DNA of 55,025 nucleotides, filler included, from Hemiscyllium ocellatum (lineage: Eukaryota), in the NCBI RefSeq assembly GCF_020745735.1. It is 3 parts of 3 records of this genome, joined end to end, with 100 filler letters (N's around TTAATTAATTAA, not from the genome) between each part and the next. Parts side by side here need not be neighbours in the genome. Positions count along the whole stretch, not along the records: positions 44,720 to 55,025 come from NW_026868127.1; 2 more parts are not named here. One strand, 5' to 3'. Made by a program: the position numbers and the translations under genes. The notes below the pieces were generated by a model that was not told where the DNA came from, made no database searches, and saw only the letters and a program-made list of their open reading frames with translations. Positions 47,991 through 55,025 of this stretch are shown one piece after another (within the stretch, counting starts at the first letter, position 1; every line of letters starts with the position of its first letter).

Positions 47991-49240
47991 AATATTTAAT
48001 CAATGGCCCTTGGCATTCAATGGTGTTACCATCACTGAATCCTCCACTATGAACATCATGGGGATTAACATGGACCAGAACTCATCTGGACTGATTATTT
48101 AAATATTGTGGGCTACAAGGGCAGGTCAGAGGCTTGGAATACTGTTGTGTATAACTCACCTCCTGATTCCCCATAGCAAATCCACCGAGTACAAAGCACA
48201 AGTCAGGAGTCTGATGGAATAGGCCTCACTTGCCTGGATGAGTGCAGCTCCAGTAACACACTAAAAGCTCGACACCATCCAAGACAAAGGAGCCCACTTG
48301 ATTGGCACCACATCCGCAAGCAGCCAGGCCCTCCACCACCCCCCACTCAGTAGCAGCAGTGTGTACAATCTACAAGATGCATCGTATAAATTCAAAGATC
48401 TTTAGCCAGATCCTCCCAAATCTATGACCATTTAGCTTTAGAAGGACAAGAACAGCAGATACACAGGACTGACACTTGCAAAAGCCCCTCCGAGCCACGC
48501 ACCATTCTGATTTAGAAAAATATCACTGATTCTTCAGGATTGCTGTATTACATCCCTGGAATGCCTTCCATAAGGGCATTGTGGGTCTACATACAACACA
48601 TGGACTGCATTGGTTACAAAAGATAGCTCACCAGGTTCTCAAAAGCAACTCGGATCAGTCAATAAATTTTGGCCAGCCGAGGAGTCATTTAAAAAATGTT
48701 TATTGAGGAGTTTAGAATTAAAATGGAGTTCCTTGGTGCTCAATGAGCTTTGAGTAATTTTTTTTTGTTCATTCATGGAATGTGGGTGTTTACATAAATG
48801 TGGGCTGTCATTTATTGCCCCTTCCTAATTGTCCTTGAGAACATGGTAGATGGAAGTGGGTACTGCAATTGCTGGAGATCAGAGTCAAGATTAGAGTGGT
48901 GCTGGCGTTGTACAGCAGGTCAGGCAGCATCCGAGGATGAAAGGCTTTTGCCCGAAACGTTGATTTTTCCTGCTCTTTAGATGCTGCCTGACCTGCTGTG
49001 CTACACCAGTACCACTCTCATCTTGACAAGATGGTGCTAATCTAGACCCACAATCTCATTAGAGAAGGACTTGCAAGAAGCAGTGGCAGAATTCCAAGTC
49101 AGGATAGTGGCCACGGTTTACAAATTGAGTCACTCACTTGCACAGATAAAAAAATGAGGTCTGCAGATGCTGGAGATCACAGTTGAAAATGCGTTGCTGG
49201 TTAAAGCACAGCAGGTCAGACAGCATCCAAGGAATAGGAA

Positions 49241-49276
49241 ATTCGACGTTTCGGGCATAAGCCCTTCATCAGGAAT
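49241..49276 (-). ncRNA. Minimal type I hammerhead ribozyme motif
   Basis: The minus strand reads AUUC-CUGAUGA-A-GGGC-UUAU-GCCC-GAAAC-GUC-GAAU. Confidence 0.75.
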
Positions 49277-49697
49277 GAGGAGAGGGTGGCAGGCAGGTTA
49301 AGATAAAAGGTACGGAGGAGGGACTTGGGGGAGGGGACCTGGGGGGTGCAGTGAGAGAGAGAGACTCACTGAAATCCTTGTAGAGGGAGGAAGAGAGCTT
49401 CTTCAAGGAAGGCATCCTTGCAAGAGGATTCGCAGAAGGTTAAAATCTTCGGGTAAAAAATGAGGTCTGCAGATGCTGGAGATCACAGTTGAAAATGCGT
49501 TATCTGCAGACCTCATTTTTTACCCGAAGATTTTAACCTTCTGCGAATCCTCTTGCAAGGATGCCTTCCTTGAAGAAGCTCTCTTCCTCCCTCTACAAGG
49601 ATTTCAGTGAGTCTCTCTCTCACTGCACCCCCCAGGTCCCCTCCCCCAAGTCCCTCCTCCCTACCTTTTATCTTAACCTGCCTGCCACCCTCTCCTC

Positions 49698-49733
49698 ATT
49701 CCTGATGAAGGGCTTATGCCCGAAACGTCGAAT
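49698..49733 (+). ncRNA. Minimal type I hammerhead ribozyme motif
   Basis: ATTC-CTGATGA-A-GGGC-TTAT-GCCC-GAAAC-GTC-GAAT. The core, helix II and helix I pair correctly. Helix III is only a palindromic ACGU. Confidence 0.75.
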
Positions 49734-49945
49734 TTCCTATTCCTTGGGTGCCTCACTCACTTGCACAATCTACATATTTTAGCTCCAGGTAAAAACAAGG
49801 ACTGCAGATGGTGGAAACCAGAGTCTAGGTTAGAGCGGTGCTGGAAAAGCACAGCAGGTCAGGTAGCATCCGAGGCTCCAACCAGCAGTGCATTTGCAAC
49901 ATTGTTCCTGACAAGTAGGACAAAAGGATAACATGGAAATATTAC

Positions 49946-50083
49946 CTTCACTTCATTTAAATTCCTCGTTCGTTTGAAGAAAGCAGAGCGAATTCGGCTT
50001 GGCTTCATCCATGGGGCTTGGCTGGCACTGGGGTCTTCAGAAAGCATCTCAGTGAGAATTTCTCTCATCACGTTAAATATAAG
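49946..50083 (-). pseudogene. CEP350: CEP350-like exon (C-terminal conserved region)
   Basis: 138-nt phase-0 exon with ag/gt ends: LIFNVMREILTEMLSEDPSASQAPWMKPSRIRSAFFKRTRNLNEVK. It resembles recalled vertebrate CEP350 EDP...WMKP.RI. Confidence 0.75.
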
Positions 50084-51939
50084 CTGGAAGAATTAAAAGG
50101 ATAAAAGAGAAAAAAATTATATTAGATACGCCCTCCCTGCCAAAAAAAAAGCTCGTTAGATCGCTACATGGAAAACAAAAAGGAATACTGTTCAAAATAT
50201 AGAAAAGAGCAACGGTTTGCTCCATGATCTGAATCAATGTTAAATTTAGAATATCATTGATTGCAGGAGAGAAGGCAAAAGAGAGATTCAAGAAGGGGTT
50301 TAATAGGATTAGGAGAAAGTGAGGACTGCAGATGCTGGAGATCAGAGCTGAAAATGTGTTGCTGGAAAAGCACAGCAGTTTAATAGGATTGCAGAACTAC
50401 CAAGGGTAAGTGCAGATGTATTAGACAAGATTTCCTGCTTAATACTGAGAAAGGCACCACAACATAAAATGAGGCACATCTTTGAAACAAAATGAATAAC
50501 ATCTGTGCGACATGCTGTAAATAGAAAGCAAACTATCATGGCTCCAACCATTACCTCCTAAAAGTTGACCAGAGGATTGTCGGGCAGCTAACTCCTCGAT
50601 CAAAATAAGAAAAACAGGAATTTCTCAGTTAGTTTTGCTTCATTTGTTGGTAAATTAAGAGTTAAAAAATATGGAGATAAATACGAGCACTTCAAGAGAC
50701 AGTAGCTAATCAGGAGCAATTAGCATGAATTTCTAATCAGCAGGTTGTGAACTATCAAATAATTTGACAAGGATGTATTAATAAAAGAGCAGATTAGTAT
50801 GAAAAAAAAGTGTACATGGTTTTCATGGATTTTCAGAAATTATTTCAAGTTGCCTCTGAGACGACCAATGGCAAAATTCAAAAACACCTCAAACGAAGGG
50901 GAGCACAGTCAAATGGATAGAGGTAGTTGGGAAAATGCAAGGTTCGGGTAAAATAAAGATTTCACATGAGAAAGGTGGGGAGAATGGAAGGGGCCCACAG
51001 GAGCCCATGCTCAGATTGCCCTTAATTGTTATAGTAATAAACACAATCTTGACTTGGGAATTTAAGAGAAGGAAACTAAATGATTCCAACTTGGGTTGAA
51101 GGGACAGAGATGGAATTGTACTGCAGTGACAGATACAGAAGAACATTTTCCGGAAGATGGAACTGAAGTTGAGAGTGAGATGAAGTAATACTTTAAGTGG
51201 ATAAGAAATGGAATTACACCTGAAATGGTAAGATCCTAATCAGACCAGAGAAAAAGGCCACAAAGTATTCAAACATACAGGCCATTTAAAGTGACAGATA
51301 CAGCCATTTAAAAAAAAACCTGACACTTCCAACTGCACACAAACAATTTAAGCCACATTAAGTTGCATAAGATCTTAGAATATTTTGGTCAATTTTGGGA
51401 ACCTCCACACAGCACAAATTCAGACTGAAAAGTGCAAACTTTGAGGCTTTCTTGGTCTGAAAATTATGGAGTGACCTGTGGAAGATAAGATTCTGGAGAG
51501 TTTTAAGAAGATGATTAATAATCATATAGTGTATTACCAACCAATGGAAAGACAGATGATACAAAAGAATTCAAAAAAATGAGTGACTGGAAGAGACACT
51601 AGATATTATGTAAATAGAAACAGAATCTATAGATTCTCGGAGTTGGCAAAGTTGTGACAGATGGGATTTAGTGAATAACAGGATGAGGAGGAGGTTGATG
51701 ATGATAAATTAACAATGGGAGAGTACAAACAGTGGAGGAGAAAGGGGCTTTGGATTTTTAGGGAAGGGGCAAAATGGTAAATTGAATTCAAAGCTGTCAT
51801 CAGGATCGAGATCATATGCATAACAGAGCATGTTAAAAACATCATCAATCAGAGGTGCTGTGGAGCACTATTAACCCATATCTTTCTTGCTTAATTGAGA
51901 AAAAATAATTTTGTGTTCAAACGCAAAAGCTACATTCAC

Positions 51940-52317
51940 CTCACAAAAATACTCTTTTGCTCACACTCTCTACATCTTGCCATTTATTATTCTCAAGATA
52001 GTCTGGGGTATTCGTAGATCTCCTGGATCGTGGCCAAGTTCCTTCAACTTCCTCAGCCACTGCATGAACCATCTTCTCAACCTCTAAAGCATCAGGAGCT
52101 ACAGCAAAGTCAGGTTCCCTTTGGATTTTGAGAGGCCCATCCTTTGGAGACTGGGCCTCCTGCACTGGCTGCTGCACTTTGCTACAGCGCAGCCCAAAGT
52201 CCTCATCAAACCAATCTTGGTCATCTACCAGGTCATCGAGCGCCTCGTGGCTCAATTCCAACTCTGCCAGGCGTTTGGCCAATTCTTCCTGCCCCTTGTG
52301 CCAAACACTGGGCTGCC
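51940..52317 (-). pseudogene. CEP350: CEP350-like exon with two apparent frameshifts
   Basis: GSPVFGT(-1)GQEELAKRLAELELSHEALDDLVDDQDWFDEDFG...DVESVSKRVF(+1). The EELAKRLAELELS and DDQDWFDEDFG blocks match CEP350 as recalled. Confidence 0.8.
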
Positions 52318-53957
52318 CTGTTGCAAAGTACAGGCTGTTGGTCAATCTAGAAACTGAAGGTCAGGAACAAAACTGTGAAAGCAAAGCATGAAAACAGGGA
52401 GACAAACAAACAAAAACCTTCTTGTTATATCTCAGAGTATGTCTGACGAGTTGGACACAGGCTGGAATTCATTTCCAATTTATTCTCAGCCATGCAATGA
52501 AAGTTAAGCTTTCCACATGGAGTGACATTAAACAGTATATTTTATCAGACTGAGTACAATTCAGTTAATGGAGTCAGGAGAAATGATTTATATGCGTTTT
52601 CAATTTTTAAAAATAGTTGACTTGACCAAGGTGGTGGAAAAAATCATCTTTACAAAGTTGCGAAGTATCCCAAGTGGTCTTCTTGAGCTTTAAAAATACA
52701 TTTGTTATGAAAAGAACACATCATACTGAGCAATATTTCATGAGGCTCACAAAGGCAGAGATCCCACTGCTGACTATCATGGAGTGTGGAGGATGGGGAG
52801 AATACAGCTTTTGAACAGTTTCGGGTCAGATACATTGTGATAAAATCAGTGAATATTCTTCAAACTATGCAATCACAAGAAATATGGCTAGTTACGAGTT
52901 ACCATGGAGAAAGTATGTCCATTTTAGGAAATTGATACAGACTGTTCAAATCTTTCCTGGTTCAGAGTATAAGTATGGAGAATCTCTTCATCTACTAACT
53001 GTCGTGTACTTAGGGGAATGAACGATTTCAGACTGAATGTTCTGAGCTTCAGCTTTCCAAAGTCAGATCACTTTCAGTTGACTGCTGCACCCCTTTTGAT
53101 TCCTGCACTTTATAGGGAAACACAAATATTGACAAATCAGAAAAGCATGTGTCAGTTTAGTCAGGATGTTGCTGTGTCAAATCAAACTGACCCAGTGACT
53201 TCCTGCACTGAATGCTCAGAAAGGAATGGACAGTATGAGAACTTGTCAAGCACTTTCATCAAAACAGCTGCTCGTGCAATCAATGTTAATATGTGCAAAC
53301 CATAAACCCTTCTGTTCTTCTAATCAGATGGTCATTCAGGCTCGGGACTTTGCTTCAGAACACTACGCTGGAAAAATTATGTGAACTGATTTAGCAAGAG
53401 ATTGGAAACCATGATTAAAAATTTAGTTGAAAAGAACATCTTTAAAAACACTTCCTCCCTATTAGGGAAGGACAGAAAAGTGCAGGAGGAAAAGTTTTGA
53501 ATTTCAATAGCAATCCTTCAGTTCTAAACTCAATAATTATACAGTGGAAATGGTCACTCAACCTTCAGAAATAATCAGACATACTTACACATATTTTGAG
53601 AATTAATGGGCAAGGTAGAAAACACCGAGACACAAGAAATTTTATTCATATTGCCCAGAGCTGTATTTTATCACCCACAAATATATTTAACAATTTAAAA
53701 GTCTTTTTGTAAAGGGGAAGACTCAGGGTAATTTCTGAAAATGGTGACCTGCAAAATGTGCCTGAAAAAAGTGGAGTTGTATTTTGACATATTGCTCGAG
53801 AAACAATGACAATCCTGGAAGTATGTTAAAAACGTGGGAATTTAAGAAGCTCTGGAATTATTAATAAAACAATTGCATCAATGCTTCAAGACCATAACAC
53901 ATCTCCAATTCTTGAAATTCAAATCCATCCCAAAACAGGTTCAAAATTAATACTTGC

Positions 53958-55025
53958 AGGTCGAGGACAAAGATCTGGAGATAATACTTCCTCCTTATCA
54001 TCATCATGGTCATCTCTTTCAGATGTCTCCAATTGGATAACAGTCTTGTGTTCCTCCTCTCGATCCTTGGAAGATGACCTGGGTCAGGATTCAACATCCA
54101 ATTTGAACTGTAATCCTCGGTTAGTATGTTGGATCTTCTCAGTTCGAGACTTTGAGATTTAATGCAATTGTCCAACAGTGTCCTTGACAAAGGGAGATAG
54201 GATTGTGCATCTGAACTTTCTCTGAAATGCTCGGAACCAGCTGGTTCTCGGAATTCAGAACTCTTCAAATTTCAGAATAAGGTGACAGTTTGATGGTGTG
54301 AAATGATTAAAAATCATACCAGAGGAGCACACTCACTCTGTAAAAGGGGCGATGAAACAGAATTGCGGTTTGCCAGTGCTGCTCCCCCACCCCCCACTCT
54401 GTCCCTTCTCAGTGATGCGCCAAACAGCCATGTTAATGAGAAAACAACTTCACAAAAACAACTTCGGACTTGAGCTTTTCGGATTTCTGGATTCAGGTTA
54501 AAGGATTGTCTGCTTGTATCACATCAACCAAAGAACTGGCTTTTGAGTCACTGCTCTTCAGATCATCTCCATTAAAGTCTTCGCTGTCCTCACAATTGTC
54601 CTTGGGTTCCTCTCATTTAATATCCACGTGCTCCTCATGGATTTCCTCAGATTCAGGCTCGAGGAATGGTACTTTAAATTGAGCCTCAAGTTGGTCCTTT
54701 TCTCTGTTCAGTAAGTCCAACAGAGGAGATGAAGAGATCTCATGGATATTTAGTGAAAACGTCTCCATTGTGCACTGGAAGACACACAGACACATTGGTA
54801 TTGATTTTGGTTTCTGTCTCCAGTACTGCCTTGGATGCCTTCTCTGTGAACACATCATTCCCAGTTCATGTTTTTACATTCTGGTCTTCACTCAAGTTTG
54901 CCAATTGTTCCTCCTCACCAGACTTGGACAAGGTCTTTTTCAATTTTGGCCATCACCAAAGTTCACACTTGCTAGATTCATAATAACGGCAGCAAGTCAA
55001 ACTTACTTGGTTCAGAAAACTGATA
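53958..55025 (-). pseudogene. CEP350: CEP350-like acidic exon region with in-frame stops
   Basis: Ends EEVLSPDLCPRP at a GCAAGT donor (53957). The upstream Ser/Glu-rich reading frame is broken by TGA codons (e.g. 54613-54615, 54493-54495) and frame changes. Internal exon boundaries are unresolved. Confidence 0.65.

Larger units (their letters stand above)
49145..49752. mobile_element. Young Penelope-type insertion with direct and inverted terminal repeats and a 15-bp target-site duplication
   Basis: tcactcacttgcaca at 49130-49144 and 49753-49767. Inverted arms at 49227-49474 and 49502-49747. Direct repeat aaaaaatgaggtctgcagatgctggagatcacagttgaaaatgcgtt near 49149 and 49455. Confidence 0.85.

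Noticed and set aside
1-55025. A single hybrid locus joining NAR-TCR segments to Ig kappa C exons
   Set aside because: The pieces are separated by artificial-looking linkers, and the cassette is on the opposite strand pointing away from the C exons.

Overview
This is cartilaginous-fish (shark-type) genomic DNA. That call is inferred from the NAR-type V/J segments, the shark kappa-type light-chain C exons and the HE1-like SINEs. The window is not one continuous locus. Two identical 100-bp spacers (44 N + TTAATTAATTAA + 44 N; 30383-30482 and 44620-44719) look like artificial contig linkers and split it into three pieces. Piece 1 (1-30382) holds a germline NAR-TCR cassette on the minus strand: leader, NAR-type V with 23-RSS, a 12/12 D, a weaker candidate second D, a NAR-type J with 23-RSS, and a leaderless supporting TCR-delta-type V that splices in phase to the J. 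That V has Cys23->Trp and is followed by a tandem array of about five ~60-bp units each carrying an RSS or RSS remnant. Piece 1 also holds several decayed V-gene relics, a tandem pair of intron-containing tRNA-Pro(CGG)-like genes, and the main exon of a GPR139/142-like GPCR. Piece 2 (30483-44619) holds an orphan Ig kappa-type C exon, a 43-bp minisatellite and a Penelope-like element. Piece 3 (44720-55025) holds a second, near-identical kappa C exon, Penelope-like elements (one young insertion with a 15-bp target-site duplication, a ~247-bp inverted repeat and two intact-looking minimal hammerhead ribozymes), and a disrupted, intron-containing CEP350-like fragment. Much of the rest is CR1 LINE and SINE debris. 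All calls come from manual reading and motif recall, with no database search. Repeat boundaries and relic calls are approximate.
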